From NCBI RefSeq assembly GCF_056746865.1, contig NZ_CM163382.1: a stretch of 64,000 nucleotides of DNA; one strand, given 5' to 3'. The position numbers were made by a program, and so were the translations under genes. The notes under the pieces were generated by a model. That model was given only the letters and a program-made list of their open reading frames with translations, had not been told where the DNA came from and searched no databases. This document shows, piece after piece, positions 31,049 to 44,700 of the stretch; position 1 is the stretch's first letter, and each line of letters opens with the position of its first letter.

Positions 31049-32167
31049 ATGTCATCACTGAATATTAAACAGGGAAGTGACACTCATTTTCCCGAGTATC
31101 CTCTGGCGTCGCCCAGTAATAATGAAATTGATTTACTTAATCTAATCGAAGTTTTATGGCGGGCCAAAAAAACGGTCATGGCGGTCGTTTTTGCGTTTGC
31201 CTGCACAGGATTGCTGATCTCTTTCATCCTGCCGCAAAAATGGACCAGCGCGGCGGTTGTCACGCCTCCAGAACCTGTTCAGTGGCAGGCGCTTGAGAAA
31301 ACATTCACTAAGCTTCGTGTGCTGGATCTGGATATCAAAATTGATCGTACAGAAGCATTTAACCTGTTTATCAAGAAGTTTCAGTCGGTTAGCTTGCTGG
31401 AAGAGTACCTGCGCTCAACACCTTATGTGATGGACCAATTAAAAGAGGCGAAAATCGACGAGCTGGATTTGCATCGCGCAATTGTCGCATTGAGCGAAAA
31501 AATGAAAGCGGTTGATGACAATGCCAGTAAGAAAAAAGATGAACCGTCACTGTATAACTCCTGGACGCTAAGTTTTACCGCGCCAACCAGTGAAGAGGCG
31601 CAGACCGTTTTGAGCGGGTATATCGATTATATCTCTGCGTTGGTGGTGAAAGAGTCGATAGAAAACGTCCGTAATAAACTGGAGATCAAAACCCAGTTTG
31701 AAAAAGAAAAACTGGCTCAGGACCGCATTAAAACGAAAAATCAACTTGATGCAAACATTCAGCGCCTCAATTATTCACTCGACATTGCTAACGCGGCAGG
31801 AATTAAAAAGCCCGTTTACAGTAATGGTCAGGCCGTTAAAGATGACCCCGATTTCTCTATTTCTCTCGGCGCAGACGGTATTGAACGCAAACTGGAAATT
31901 GAAAAAGCGGTTACTGACGTTGCGGAACTGAACGGTGAATTACGTAATCGTCAGTATCTTGTTGAGCAGTTAACAAAAGCAAATATCAACGATGTGAATT
32001 TTACGCCGTTTAAATATCAGTTAAGCCCGTCATTGCCAGTGAAAAAAGACGGTCCGGGTAAGGCGATTATTGTGATCCTTTCTGCGATGATCGGCGGGAT
32101 GGTGGCTTGTGGTGGCGTGCTGTTGCGCCATGCGATGGCATCCAGAAAACAGGATGCCGTGATGTAA
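31049..32167 (+). CDS. fepE: FepE, polysaccharide co-polymerase (Wzz-like chain-length regulator)
   Basis: Translation from the internal Met, MSSLNIKQGSDTHFPEYPLASPSNNEIDLLNLIEVLWRAKKTVMAVVFAFACTGLLISFILPQKW... Confidence 0.9.
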   Translation: MSSLNIKQGSDTHFPEYPLASPSNNEIDLLNLIEVLWRAKKTVMAVVFAFACTGLLISFILPQKWTSAAVVTPPEPVQWQALEKTFTKLRVLDLDIKIDRTEAFNLFIKKFQSVSLLEEYLRSTPYVMDQLKEAKIDELDLHRAIVALSEKMKAVDDNASKKKDEPSLYNSWTLSFTAPTSEEAQTVLSGYIDYISALVVKESIENVRNKLEIKTQFEKEKLAQDRIKTKNQLDANIQRLNYSLDIANAAGIKKPVYSNGQAVKDDPDFSISLGADGIERKLEIEKAVTDVAELNGELRNRQYLVEQLTKANINDVNFTPFKYQLSPSLPVKKDGPGKAIIVILSAMIGGMVACGGVLLRHAMASRKQDAVM

Positions 32168-32178
32168 GAGCACTTAGT

Positions 32179-32994
32179 TTAACTATTTGCGGTTGAAGGT
32201 GCCGTTCGTCCGAGCGGCACCACGAGCGGCGTTCCGGCAACCGGGTCGTCAATAATCATGCAGCGCAGACCATAAATGCGCTCGATCAATTCAGCAGTGA
32301 CAATCTCTTTCGGCGCTCCCTGAGCAACAATTTTCCCTTCCCGCAATGCAATCAAATGGCTGGCGTAACGACAGGCCTGATTAAGATCGTGCAGCACCGC
32401 CGCCAGGGTATAGCCTTTCTCGCGGTTCAGTTCGCTTAACAGTTCCAGGAGATCAATCTGATGACTGATATCCAGCCAGGTCGTGGGTTCATCGAGCAGC
32501 ATAATTGCCGTTTCCTGGGCCAGCACCATCGCGATCCACGCTCTCTGGCGTTGCCCACCGGAGAGGGTATCCACGCTTTGATCCGCCAGATGGGTGATTC
32601 CCGTGGCCTGCATCGCTTTTGTGACGGCCTCTTCATCTTCTTTGCGCCAGCGGGTAAACAGCGGTTGATGCGGGTAACGCCCACGCGCCACCAGCTCCTG
32701 CACGGTGATATCTCCCGGCGTGGTGGCGTTTTGCGCCAACAGGCCAATCCGGCGTGCAACCTCTTTACTGGCGTAATGTTGAATGTGCTCACCATCCAGC
32801 CAGACATGCCCGTGAGCAGGCGTCATCAGGCGGCTTAAGGTACGCAGTAACGTGGATTTACCGCAGCCATTTGGCCCGATAATTGCCGTGAAGTGACCAT
32901 CAGGTATTTCTACAGTCAGATTTTCCGCAACGGTATATTTGCCATATCCGAGGGTTAACTGTTCGCCACGCAAACGGGCTACTGATTCGGTCAT
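32179..32994 (-). CDS. fepC: Ferric enterobactin ABC transporter ATPase FepC
   Basis: Translation MTESVARLRGEQLTLGYGKYTVAENLTVEIPDGHFTAIIGPNGCGKSTLLRTL... (Walker A); start at the internal Met of the longer ORF. Confidence 0.93.
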   Translation of the reverse strand: MTESVARLRGEQLTLGYGKYTVAENLTVEIPDGHFTAIIGPNGCGKSTLLRTLSRLMTPAHGHVWLDGEHIQHYASKEVARRIGLLAQNATTPGDITVQELVARGRYPHQPLFTRWRKEDEEAVTKAMQATGITHLADQSVDTLSGGQRQRAWIAMVLAQETAIMLLDEPTTWLDISHQIDLLELLSELNREKGYTLAAVLHDLNQACRYASHLIALREGKIVAQGAPKEIVTAELIERIYGLRCMIIDDPVAGTPLVVPLGRTAPSTANS

Positions 32995-33983
32995 TTTTTG
33001 CGAGACTCCTGAATTAACAAGACGATAAGGTAAATACCGCCGAGGCTGACGGTAACGACGCCAACCGGAAGTTGATACGGCATAAACAGTTGTTGGGCGC
33101 AGAGATCGGCCGCCAGCAGTAACAACGCCCCGCACAGCGCCGCCTGGGTCAGCCCCCAGCGAGCGGTGCCGCTAATGCGTCGGGCAATGTGCGGCGCGAC
33201 TAAAGCAATAAAGGAAATCGGCCCGGCAAGCGCTGTTGCCGCAGCGGTAAGCACCACTGCAACCAGCATCATTAACAGACGCGAACGTTCGACGCTGACG
33301 CCCAGCGCACACGCGGTATCATCGCCCATTTCCAGCAAGCGCATCCGGCGTACCAGTAAGGCGGCGGCAATGAGCATCAATATAATGATGGGTGCGGAAG
33401 GCGAGGTTTTTGCCCACGTCAGGCCGTTGAGCGATCCGGCATTCCACAAACCCGCTGTTAGCGCCGTTTCTAAAGACGCTTTCAGCAACAGCCAGGTATT
33501 AAAGGCCACCAGCATGGCGCGAACGCCGATGCCGATAATAATCAACCGAAAGGTGTCGATGCCGTTACGCCAGGCAAGCAGCCAGACCAACAGCGAAGTG
33601 ATAATGCCCCCCGCCATTGCTGCCAGGGCAATAGCCGTCAGGTCCTGACCAAACAGCACCATCGCCACCAGCACGCCGCTCCACGCCCCGGTGTTAAAGC
33701 CCATTACGTCAGGGCTGCCGAGCGGGTTACGCATCAGCGACTGAAAAATCGCGCCGCTGACGCCCAGTGCCGCGCCAATCAACAGCGCCATCAGCACGCG
33801 TGGTAAACGCCATTCGGTGACCACCATCGTCATACTGCGCGGCGCATCGCCCATCAGCGCGGCGAATATCTGCGAGGTTTCCAGCGTGACGGTACCGCTG
33901 CGTAATCCCCAGATACCTGCAACCACACAGGCGGTAATTAGCAGCAAACAGGTGATGATTAATCGGCGAGAGACGTAAATCAT
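32991..33983 (-). CDS. fepG: Ferric enterobactin ABC transporter permease FepG
   Basis: 330-aa ORF MIYVSRRLIITCLLLITACVVAGIWGLRSGTVTLETSQIFAALMGDAPRSMTMVVTEWRLPRV... Confidence 0.95.
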   Translation of the reverse strand: MIYVSRRLIITCLLLITACVVAGIWGLRSGTVTLETSQIFAALMGDAPRSMTMVVTEWRLPRVLMALLIGAALGVSGAIFQSLMRNPLGSPDVMGFNTGAWSGVLVAMVLFGQDLTAIALAAMAGGIITSLLVWLLAWRNGIDTFRLIIIGIGVRAMLVAFNTWLLLKASLETALTAGLWNAGSLNGLTWAKTSPSAPIIILMLIAAALLVRRMRLLEMGDDTACALGVSVERSRLLMMLVAVVLTAAATALAGPISFIALVAPHIARRISGTARWGLTQAALCGALLLLAADLCAQQLFMPYQLPVGVVTVSLGGIYLIVLLIQESRKK

Positions 33984-34984
33984 GCGCCACCTCGCGTTTT
34001 ACGTCGCACGAGGAAGATCAGCACCGGTGCGCCAATAAAGGCACTGACTACAGAAACGCGCAGTTCGCCGGGCACAATCACCCGCCCGATGATATCGGCA
34101 AACAGCAGCAGGGCAGGGGTGGCAAGTAGTGTGACGGGCAGCGACCAGCGATGATCTGCTCCAACCAACCAACGTGCCATATGCGGCATCATCAGGCCAA
34201 TAAAGGCAATCGGGCCAACTACCGCCGTCGCACTACCACAAAGCACGGTAATCGCCAGCAGACCAATCAACTGTGTGCGCGCCACGCGACTACCCAGCGC
34301 CGTCGCGGTGTCACTGCCGAGGCTTAAACTGTTCAGCGCGCGGCTCAGTAATAGCGCGGTTGCTCCGGCGATCAGCACCGGGATCAGCACCACTTTTAAG
34401 GTATGTAGATTGCGAATATCCAGCGAACCGGCTTGCCAGAAACGCAACTGATCGTAGACGTCAGGATTAAGCAGGGCGATGCCGCTGGTCAGCCCTTCCA
34501 GCACCGCCGCCAGTGCCACGCCCGCCAGGGTTAAACGCACCGGACTTAACTGCCCGCCGCCCTGGCTGCCGGTAAAGGCAACAATCAATGAGGCCACCAG
34601 CGCCCCGGCGAAGGCCATCGCCAGTTGTTCCTGCGCGGATGAGTAACCAAACAGCGCCGCACCCAGCACAATGGCAAAGCTGGCTCCGGCGTTCACACCA
34701 AGCAAGCCGGGGTCGGCAAGTGGGTTTCGGGTGAGGGTTTGCATCAACGCCCCGGCAAGGCCAAGCGCACCGCCGGCCAGTAAACCGGCAAGGGTGCGCG
34801 GCAGTCGCGCGTCGAGCACGATGGTGCAGTCGGCGCTCTGGCAGGTGCCGGAGAAGGCCTCCAGCACTACGGAAGCGGGGAGTGATTTTGCCCCAATGAG
34901 CAGGCTTAATGCCGTCGCGATAATCAGTAATAACAGCAATCCGGGCACGGCAATGGCGCGTGTCACGGCAACAGAACCAGACAT
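33980..34984 (-). CDS. fepD: Ferric enterobactin ABC transporter permease FepD
   Basis: Translation MSGSVAVTRAIAVPGLLLLLIIATALSLLIGAKSLPASVVLEAF... Confidence 0.95.
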   Translation of the reverse strand: MSGSVAVTRAIAVPGLLLLLIIATALSLLIGAKSLPASVVLEAFSGTCQSADCTIVLDARLPRTLAGLLAGGALGLAGALMQTLTRNPLADPGLLGVNAGASFAIVLGAALFGYSSAQEQLAMAFAGALVASLIVAFTGSQGGGQLSPVRLTLAGVALAAVLEGLTSGIALLNPDVYDQLRFWQAGSLDIRNLHTLKVVLIPVLIAGATALLLSRALNSLSLGSDTATALGSRVARTQLIGLLAITVLCGSATAVVGPIAFIGLMMPHMARWLVGADHRWSLPVTLLATPALLLFADIIGRVIVPGELRVSVVSAFIGAPVLIFLVRRKTRGGA

Positions 34985-34995
34985 ACGAACTTCCA

Positions 34996-35024
34996 TGATA
35001 ATGAAATTAATTATCGTTATCGAT
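34996..35024. promoter_or_regulatory. Fur box in the divergent fepDGC / entS promoter region
   Basis: gataatgaaattaattatcgttatcgat resembles the Fur consensus. Confidence 0.6.
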
Positions 35025-35094
35025 CATATTTGGATATGTTAGCATGTGCAGCCTAAGAATAGGTATTTAAAATATTTGATGGCAAGGTATTGTA

Positions 35095-36345
35095 ATGAAT
35101 AAACAATCCTGGCTGCTTAACCTCAGCCTGTTGAAAACGCACCCGGCGTTTCGCGCAGTATTCCTCGCTCGTTTTATCTCAATTGTGTCTCTGGGTTTGC
35201 TCGGCGTCGCGGTACCGGTGCAGATCCAGATGATGACGCATTCTACCTGGCAGGTGGGGCTTTCGGTGACGCTGACCGGCGGCGCGATGTTTGTTGGCCT
35301 GATGGTCGGCGGTGTGCTGGCGGATCGCTATGAACGCAAAAAAGTGATTTTGCTGGCGCGCGGCACCTGTGGCATTGGCTTCATTGGACTGTGCCTTAAT
35401 GCACTGCTGCCGGAGCCATCTCTATTGGCAATCTATTTACTCGGTTTATGGGATGGTTTTTTCGCATCGCTTGGCGTTACGGCGCTACTGGCGGCGACAC
35501 CTGCACTGGTAGGGCGTGAAAACTTAATGCAGGCCGGGGCGATCACCATGTTGACCGTGCGTCTGGGGTCGGTGATTTCGCCTATGATTGGCGGTTTATT
35601 GCTGGCGACCGGCGGCGTAGCCTGGAACTACGGGCTGGCGGCGGCGGGCACGTTTATTACCTTGCTACCGTTGTTAAGCCTTCCGGCGTTGCCACCGCCA
35701 CCGCAGCCGCGTGAGCATCCGTTGAAATCATTACTGGCAGGATTTCGTTTTCTGCTCGCCAGCCCGCTGGTGGGAGGGATTGCGCTGCTGGGTGGTTTAT
35801 TGACGATGGCGAGCGCGGTGCGGGTACTGTATCCGGCGCTGGCTGACAACTGGCAGATGTCGGCGGCACAGATTGGTTTTCTCTATGCGGCGATCCCGCT
35901 CGGTGCGGCTATTGGCGCGTTAACCAGCGGGAAGCTGGCACATAGCGCGCGACCAGGGTTATTGATGCTGCTTTCCACGCTGGGATCGTTCCTCGCCATT
36001 GGTCTGTTTGGCCTGATGCCGATGTGGATTTTAGGCGTGGTTTGTCTGGCGCTGTTCGGCTGGCTGAGCGCGGTTAGTTCGTTGCTGCAATACACAATGC
36101 TGCAAACGCAAACCCCGGAAGCGATGTTAGGGCGGATTAACGGTTTGTGGACGGCGCAAAACGTGACGGGCGATGCCATAGGCGCGGCGCTGCTGGGCGG
36201 TTTGGGCGCGATGATGACACCGGTTGCTTCCGCAAGCGCGAGCGGTTTTGGTTTGTTGATTATCGGCGTGTTGTTATTGCTGGTGCTGGTGGAGTTGCGG
36301 CGTTTTCGCCAGACGCCGCCGCAGGTGACAGCGTCCGACAGTTAA
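35095..36345 (+). CDS. entS: Enterobactin exporter EntS (MFS)
   Basis: 416-aa [72 protein letters not shown]... Confidence 0.95.
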
Positions 36346-36348
36346 TGC

Positions 36349-37305
36349 TTAAAACAGCGCCTTAAGCCGTTCCAGCACTTGCATGGCGCTGTAGTAATCC
36401 AGACGGAACGTCTCGGTTCCCAGCGCATAAACCTGCTTGTTTTGTACTGCAGGCAGGTGCGCGAGCAGCGGATTAGCATAAATCGCATCGGCATCTTTCT
36501 GATCACCGGCGAACAGGAATAGTGACTCGCCATTTAACCCTGAAGCCAGATTTTCCCCACCAAGCTGAATGATGTCATGGCGTTTGCCCTGGCTTTGGCT
36601 GGCGTTTAACCCTGCTGGCAACTTCGCCAGCGTAAAGCCGAGTTGTTCCAGCATCTGCCCTTGTGCTGATTCAGGCGTCCAGAGATTAGCACTGTGTGCA
36701 GCGGCGGTATAGACAATGGCAGTGACCGGCTGCGGAGGTAATTTGATTTGCTCTTTCGCCGCCGCCAGTTGCTTATCAAACTGCGCAATCCGCTCTGCCG
36801 CTTGTTTCTCATGCCCGGTAATTTCGCCAAGCTGCGTTAACAGCGACTGCCAGCTTTTGTCGTCGTAATTGATGATTAATGTTGGGGCGATGGTGGAAAG
36901 CTGATCGTACAGCGCCAGCGCCGAATCGCCGCCGGTTGCGCTAATTAAAATCAGATCCGGCATTTGCGCGGCAACGGCTTCTGCACTTGGTTCGCCGATA
37001 TAGAGCCGTTGCAGTTTGCGTTCTTTCGCCACCTTGCTCCACTGGCGTAAAAAGCCCTGGTCATCCGCGACGCGGTTATTCGGCGTGGTCGCGCCGCTGG
37101 CAATCACCGGAGCATCAATCGCCAGCAGTGAGCCGGTCAGGGTGACGCTGGTGGAAACAATACGCTGCGGCTGGCTTTCCAGGGTATGAGTGCCCCGGCT
37201 GTCAGTAATCTGACGCGGCCAGTCGGCGGCCTGAACTGCGACTATTCCTGAAAGCAAAAGTCCTGTTAATAGAAGGGCGTTGCGGTAGAGCGGGGCGAGT
37301 CTCAC
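36349..37305 (-). CDS. fepB: Periplasmic ferric enterobactin-binding protein FepB
   Basis: 318-aa [70 protein letters not shown]... Confidence 0.95.
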   Translation of the reverse strand: MRLAPLYRNALLLTGLLLSGIVAVQAADWPRQITDSRGTHTLESQPQRIVSTSVTLTGSLLAIDAPVIASGATTPNNRVADDQGFLRQWSKVAKERKLQRLYIGEPSAEAVAAQMPDLILISATGGDSALALYDQLSTIAPTLIINYDDKSWQSLLTQLGEITGHEKQAAERIAQFDKQLAAAKEQIKLPPQPVTAIVYTAAAHSANLWTPESAQGQMLEQLGFTLAKLPAGLNASQSQGKRHDIIQLGGENLASGLNGESLFLFAGDQKDADAIYANPLLAHLPAVQNKQVYALGTETFRLDYYSAMQVLERLKALF

Positions 37306-37445
37306 AAGTCAGCTTCCTGTTATTAATGAAGTTAATGCTTCTCATTTTCATTGTAACCACAACCAGATGCAACCCCGAGTTGCAGATTGCGTTACCTCAA
37401 GAGTTGACATAGTGCGCGTTTGCTTTTAGGTTAGCGACCGAAAAT

Positions 37446-37464
37446 ATAAATGATAATCATTATT
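37446..37464. promoter_or_regulatory. Fur box in the divergent fepB / entCEBAH promoter region
   Basis: ataaatgataatcattatt is a near-consensus Fur box. Confidence 0.75.
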
Positions 37465-37493
37465 AAAGCCTTTATCATTTTGTGGAGGATGAT

Positions 37494-38669
<1,176 letters not shown>

Positions 38670-38678
38670 GGAGTGAGG

Positions 38679-40289
38679 ATGAGCATTCCATTCACCCGCT
38701 GGCCGGAAGAGTTTTCCCGTCGCTATCGGGAAAAAGGCTACTGGCAGGATTTGCCGCTGACCGACATTCTGACCCGTCATGCCGCAAGCGACAGCATCGC
38801 GGTCATCGACGGCGAGCGGCAGTTGAGTTACCGGGAGCTGAATCAGGCGGCGGATAACCTCGCGTGTAGTTTGCGCCGTCAGGGCATTAAACCTGGTGAA
38901 ACCGCGCTGGTACAACTGGGTAACGTCGCTGAACTTTACATTACCTTTTTCGCGCTGCTGAAACTGGGCGTTGCGCCGGTGCTGGCGCTGTTCAGCCATC
39001 AGCGTAGTGAACTGAACGCCTATGCCAGCCAGATTGAACCGGCGTTACTGATTGCCGATCGCCAGCATGCGCTGTTTAGCGGAGATGATTTCCTCAATAC
39101 ATTTGTTGCAGAGCATTCCTCCATTCGCGTGGTGCAACTGCACAACGACAGCGGTGAGCATAACTTGCAGGATGCGATTAACCATCCGGCTGAGGATTTT
39201 ACTGCCACGCCGTCACCTGCTGATGAAGTGGCCTATTTCCAGCTTTCCGGCGGCACCACCGGCACACCGAAGCTGATCCCGCGCACTCATAACGACTACT
39301 ACTACAGCGTGCGTCGTAGCGTCGAGATTTGTCAGTTCACACAACAGACACGCTACCTGTGCGCGATCCCGGCGGCTCATAACTACGCCATGAGTTCGCC
39401 AGGATCGCTGGGCGTATTTCTCGCTGGCGGCACTGTCGTTCTGGCTGCCGACCCCAGCGCCACGCTCTGCTTCCCATTGATTGAAAAACATCAGGTGAAC
39501 GTCACCGCGCTGGTGCCACCCGCAGTCAGCCTGTGGTTACAGGCGCTGACCGAAGGCGAAAGCCGGGCGCAGCTTGCCTCGCTGAAACTGTTACAGGTCG
39601 GTGGTGCACGTCTTTCTGCCACGCTTGCGGCGCGTATTCCCGCAGAGATTGGCTGCCAGTTACAGCAGGTATTCGGCATGGCGGAAGGGCTGGTGAACTA
39701 CACCCGTCTTGATGATAGCGCGGAGAAAATTATCCATACCCAGGGCTATCCAATGTGTCCGGACGATGAAGTGTGGGTTGCCGATGCTGAAGGAAATCCA
39801 CTACCGCAAGGAGAAGTTGGACGCCTGATGACGCGCGGTCCGTACACCTTCCGTGGCTATTACAAAAGCCCGCAGCACAATGCCAGCGCCTTTGATGCCA
39901 ACGGTTTTTACTGTTCTGGCGATCTGATCTCTATTGATCCAGAGGGGTACATCACCGTGCAGGGGCGCGAGAAAGATCAGATCAACCGTGGCGGCGAGAA
40001 GATCGCTGCCGAAGAGATCGAAAACCTGCTGCTGCGCCATCCGGCGGTGATCTACGCCGCACTGGTGAGCATGGAAGATGAGCTGATGGGCGAAAAAAGC
40101 TGTGCTTATCTGGTGGTAAAAGAGCCTCTACGCGCGGTGCAGGTGCGTCGTTTCCTGCGTGAACAGGGTATTGCCGAATTTAAATTACCGGATCGCGTGG
40201 AGTGTGTGGATTCACTTCCGCTGACGGCGGTCGGGAAAGTCGATAAAAAACAATTACGTCAGTGGCTGGCGTCACGCGCATCAGCCTGA
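38679..40289 (+). CDS. entE: 2,3-dihydroxybenzoate-AMP ligase EntE
   Basis: Translation [74 protein letters not shown]... Confidence 0.95.
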   Translation: MSIPFTRWPEEFSRRYREKGYWQDLPLTDILTRHAASDSIAVIDGERQLSYRELNQAADNLACSLRRQGIKPGETALVQLGNVAELYITFFALLKLGVAPVLALFSHQRSELNAYASQIEPALLIADRQHALFSGDDFLNTFVAEHSSIRVVQLHNDSGEHNLQDAINHPAEDFTATPSPADEVAYFQLSGGTTGTPKLIPRTHNDYYYSVRRSVEICQFTQQTRYLCAIPAAHNYAMSSPGSLGVFLAGGTVVLAADPSATLCFPLIEKHQVNVTALVPPAVSLWLQALTEGESRAQLASLKLLQVGGARLSATLAARIPAEIGCQLQQVFGMAEGLVNYTRLDDSAEKIIHTQGYPMCPDDEVWVADAEGNPLPQGEVGRLMTRGPYTFRGYYKSPQHNASAFDANGFYCSGDLISIDPEGYITVQGREKDQINRGGEKIAAEEIENLLLRHPAVIYAALVSMEDELMGEKSCAYLVVKEPLRAVQVRRFLREQGIAEFKLPDRVECVDSLPLTAVGKVDKKQLRQWLASRASA

Positions 40290-40302
40290 AGGAGAGAACA
40301 CG

Positions 40303-41159
40303 ATGGCTATTCCAAAATTACAGGCTTACGCACTGCCGGAGTCTCACGATATTCCGCAGAATAAAGTCGACTGGGCCTTTGAACCGCAACGTGCCGCGTT
40401 GTTAATCCATGATATGCAGGACTATTTTGTCAGCTTCTGGGGCGAGAACTGCCCGATGATGGAGCAGGTGATCGCGAATATTGCGGCACTACGCGACTAC
40501 TGCAAACAGCACAATATCCCGGTTTATTACACCGCCCAGCCGAAAGAGCAGAGCGATGAAGATCGGGCGCTGTTGAATGATATGTGGGGGCCTGGCCTGA
40601 CCCGTTCGCCGGAACAGCAAAAGGTGGTGGATAGCCTGACGCCAGATGCCGACGACACGGTGCTGGTGAAGTGGCGCTACAGCGCGTTTCATCGTTCCCC
40701 GCTGGAGCAAATGCTGAAAGAGAGTGGACGTAACCAGCTGATTATTACCGGGGTATATGCCCACATTGGCTGTATGACCACCGCAACCGACGCATTTATG
40801 CGCGATATTAAACCGTTTATGGTGGCAGATGCGCTGGCCGATTTCAGCCGTGACGAGCATTTGATGTCGCTGAAATATGTGGCCGGACGTTCTGGCCGGG
40901 TGGTGATGACCGAAGAATTACTGCCAGCACCTATCCCCGCCAGCAAAGCGGCGCTGCGTGAGGTGATCCTGCCGTTGCTGGACGAGTCCGATGAACCGTT
41001 CGATGACGACAACCTGAACGACTACGGTCTGGATTCGGTGCGGATGATGGCGCTGGCGGCGCGCTGGCGCAAAGTGCATGGCGATATCGACTTTGTCATG
41101 CTGGCGAAAAACCCGACCATCGACGCCTGGTGGAAGCTACTTTCCCGCGAGGTGAAATA

Positions 41160-41160
<1 letters not shown>
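40303..41160 (+). CDS. entB: Isochorismatase / aryl carrier protein EntB
   Basis: 285-aa ORF MAIPKLQAYALPESHDIPQNKVDWAFEPQRAALLIHDMQDYFVSFWGENCPMMEQVIANIAALRDYC... Confidence 0.95.
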
Positions 41161-42322
<1,162 letters not shown>

Positions 42323-42502
42323 GCCCGACAGAATTAAATGAGATTGCAGGAAAACTCGGTTAACGGAGTGATCGAGTTAACATTGTTAAGTTAAATATTG
42401 GTTTCAACTCCGATTTACATGGTTGCCGTGTTGTTAAATTGTACAAAGATGTTATAGAAACAAAATGTAACATCTCTATGGACACGCACACGGATAACAA
42501 CT

Positions 42503-44608
42503 ATGAACAAATCAGGGAAATACCTCGTCTGGACAGTGCTCTCTGTAATGGGAGCATTTGCTCTGGGATACATTGCTTTAAATCGTGGGGAACAGATCAA
42601 CGCGCTGTGGATTGTGGTGGCGTCGGTCTGTATCTATCTGATCGCTTACCGTTTTTATGGGCTGTATATCGCCAAAAATGTGCTGGCGGTTGACCCGACG
42701 CGTATGACGCCAGCGGTGCGCCATAACGACGGGCTGGACTATGTGCCGACGGACAAAAAAGTGCTGTTCGGTCACCATTTTGCGGCCATTGCCGGAGCAG
42801 GTCCGTTGGTTGGGCCGGTACTGGCGGCGCAAATGGGTTACCTGCCAGGGATGATCTGGCTGCTCGCTGGGGTGGTTCTCGCCGGTGCGGTGCAGGATTT
42901 CATGGTGCTGTTTGTTTCTACGCGCCGCGATGGTCGCTCGCTGGGTGAGCTGGTCAAAGAAGAGATGGGGCCAACCGCCGGGGTGATTGCGCTGGTGGCC
43001 TGCTTTATGATCATGGTCATTATCCTTGCAGTACTGGCGATGATCGTGGTGAAAGCCCTGACCCATAGTCCGTGGGGAACGTATACCGTTGCGTTCACCA
43101 TTCCGCTGGCGCTGTTTATGGGGATCTACCTGCGTTATCTGCGTCCGGGGCGTATTGGCGAAGTGTCGGTGATTGGCCTGGTATTCCTGATTTTCGCCAT
43201 TATCTCTGGCGGCTGGGTGGCAGAAAGTCCGACCTGGGCACCGTACTTTGATTTTACGGGTGTGCAGCTGACCTGGATGCTGGTGGGTTACGGCTTCGTG
43301 GCGGCGGTGCTGCCAGTGTGGTTGCTGCTGGCTCCGCGCGACTACCTCTCAACCTTCCTGAAAATCGGGACTATCGTCGGTCTGGCGGTAGGCATTTTGA
43401 TTATGCGCCCGACGCTGACCATGCCTGCGCTAACTAAATTTGTCGATGGCACAGGCCCGGTATGGACCGGTAACCTGTTCCCGTTCCTGTTTATCACCAT
43501 CGCTTGTGGCGCGGTGTCTGGCTTCCATGCGCTGATCTCTTCCGGTACCACGCCGAAGATGCTGGCGAACGAAGGGCAGGCGTGTTTTATCGGCTACGGC
43601 GGGATGTTAATGGAATCCTTCGTAGCGATTATGGCGCTGGTTTCCGCCTGTATCATCGATCCGGGTGTGTACTTCGCCATGAACAGCCCGATGGCGGTGC
43701 TGGCTCCGGCAGGGACGGCGGATGTGGTTGCTTCTGCCGCGCAGGTGGTGAGTAGCTGGGGCTTTGCGATTACCCCGGATACGCTAAACCAGATTGCCAG
43801 CGAAGTGGGTGAACAGTCGATCATTTCCCGTGCGGGCGGTGCGCCGACCCTGGCGGTGGGGATGGCCTACATTCTGCACGGTGCGCTGGGCGGCATGATG
43901 GATGTGGCGTTCTGGTATCACTTCGCCATTCTGTTTGAAGCACTGTTTATTCTGACGGCGGTGGATGCAGGTACGCGTGCCGCGCGCTTTATGTTGCAGG
44001 ATCTGCTGGGCGTGGTGTCTCCGGGCCTGAAACGGACCGATTCACTGCCTGCTAACCTGCTGGCAACGGCGCTGTGCGTACTGGCGTGGGGCTACTTCCT
44101 CCATCAGGGTGTGGTCGATCCGCTGGGCGGTATTAACACCTTGTGGCCGCTGTTTGGTATTGCCAACCAGATGCTGGCAGGGATGGCGCTGATGCTCTGT
44201 GCTGTGGTGCTGTTCAAAATGAAACGTCAACGTTACGCCTGGGTGGCGCTGGTACCAACGGCCTGGCTGCTGATTTGTACCCTGACCGCAGGCTGGCAGA
44301 AAGCGTTTAGCCCGGATGCGAAAGTCGGCTTCCTGGCGATTGCTAACAAGTTCCAGGCAATGATCGACAGCGGCAATATTCCATCGCAGTATACTGAGTC
44401 ACAACTGGCGCAACTGGTGTTCAACAACCGTCTTGATGCCGGGTTAACCATCTTCTTTATGGTGGTCGTGGTGGTTCTGGCACTGTTCTCGATTAAGACG
44501 GCACTGGCGGCATTGAAAGAGCCGAAGCCAACGGCGAAAGAAACGCCGTATGAGCCAATGCCGGAAAATGTCGAGGAGATCGTGGCGCAGGCGAAAGGCG
44601 CGCACTAA
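42503..44608 (+). CDS. cstA: Carbon starvation protein CstA (peptide/pyruvate transporter family)
   Basis: 701-aa ORF MNKSGKYLVWTVLSVMGAFALGYIALNRGEQINALWIVVASVCIYLIAYRFYGLYIAKNVLAVDPTRMTPAV... Confidence 0.97.
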   Translation: MNKSGKYLVWTVLSVMGAFALGYIALNRGEQINALWIVVASVCIYLIAYRFYGLYIAKNVLAVDPTRMTPAVRHNDGLDYVPTDKKVLFGHHFAAIAGAGPLVGPVLAAQMGYLPGMIWLLAGVVLAGAVQDFMVLFVSTRRDGRSLGELVKEEMGPTAGVIALVACFMIMVIILAVLAMIVVKALTHSPWGTYTVAFTIPLALFMGIYLRYLRPGRIGEVSVIGLVFLIFAIISGGWVAESPTWAPYFDFTGVQLTWMLVGYGFVAAVLPVWLLLAPRDYLSTFLKIGTIVGLAVGILIMRPTLTMPALTKFVDGTGPVWTGNLFPFLFITIACGAVSGFHALISSGTTPKMLANEGQACFIGYGGMLMESFVAIMALVSACIIDPGVYFAMNSPMAVLAPAGTADVVASAAQVVSSWGFAITPDTLNQIASEVGEQSIISRAGGAPTLAVGMAYILHGALGGMMDVAFWYHFAILFEALFILTAVDAGTRAARFMLQDLLGVVSPGLKRTDSLPANLLATALCVLAWGYFLHQGVVDPLGGINTLWPLFGIANQMLAGMALMLCAVVLFKMKRQRYAWVALVPTAWLLICTLTAGWQKAFSPDAKVGFLAIANKFQAMIDSGNIPSQYTESQLAQLVFNNRLDAGLTIFFMVVVVVLALFSIKTALAALKEPKPTAKETPYEPMPENVEEIVAQAKGAH

Positions 44609-44611
44609 AGT

Positions 44612-44700
44612 CAGAGTGAGGGGGGAATGTTGGCGAAAGTTGGCATGGTGCCGAGTGTTCCCCCTCACCCTAACCCTCTCCCCGTTGGGGCGAGGGGACT
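44612..44700. repeat. REP-like palindromic element or terminator between cstA and ybdD
   Basis: Two GC-rich hairpins: gagtgaggggggaa ... ttccccctcac, and ccctctcccc-gttg-gggcgagggg. Confidence 0.5.
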
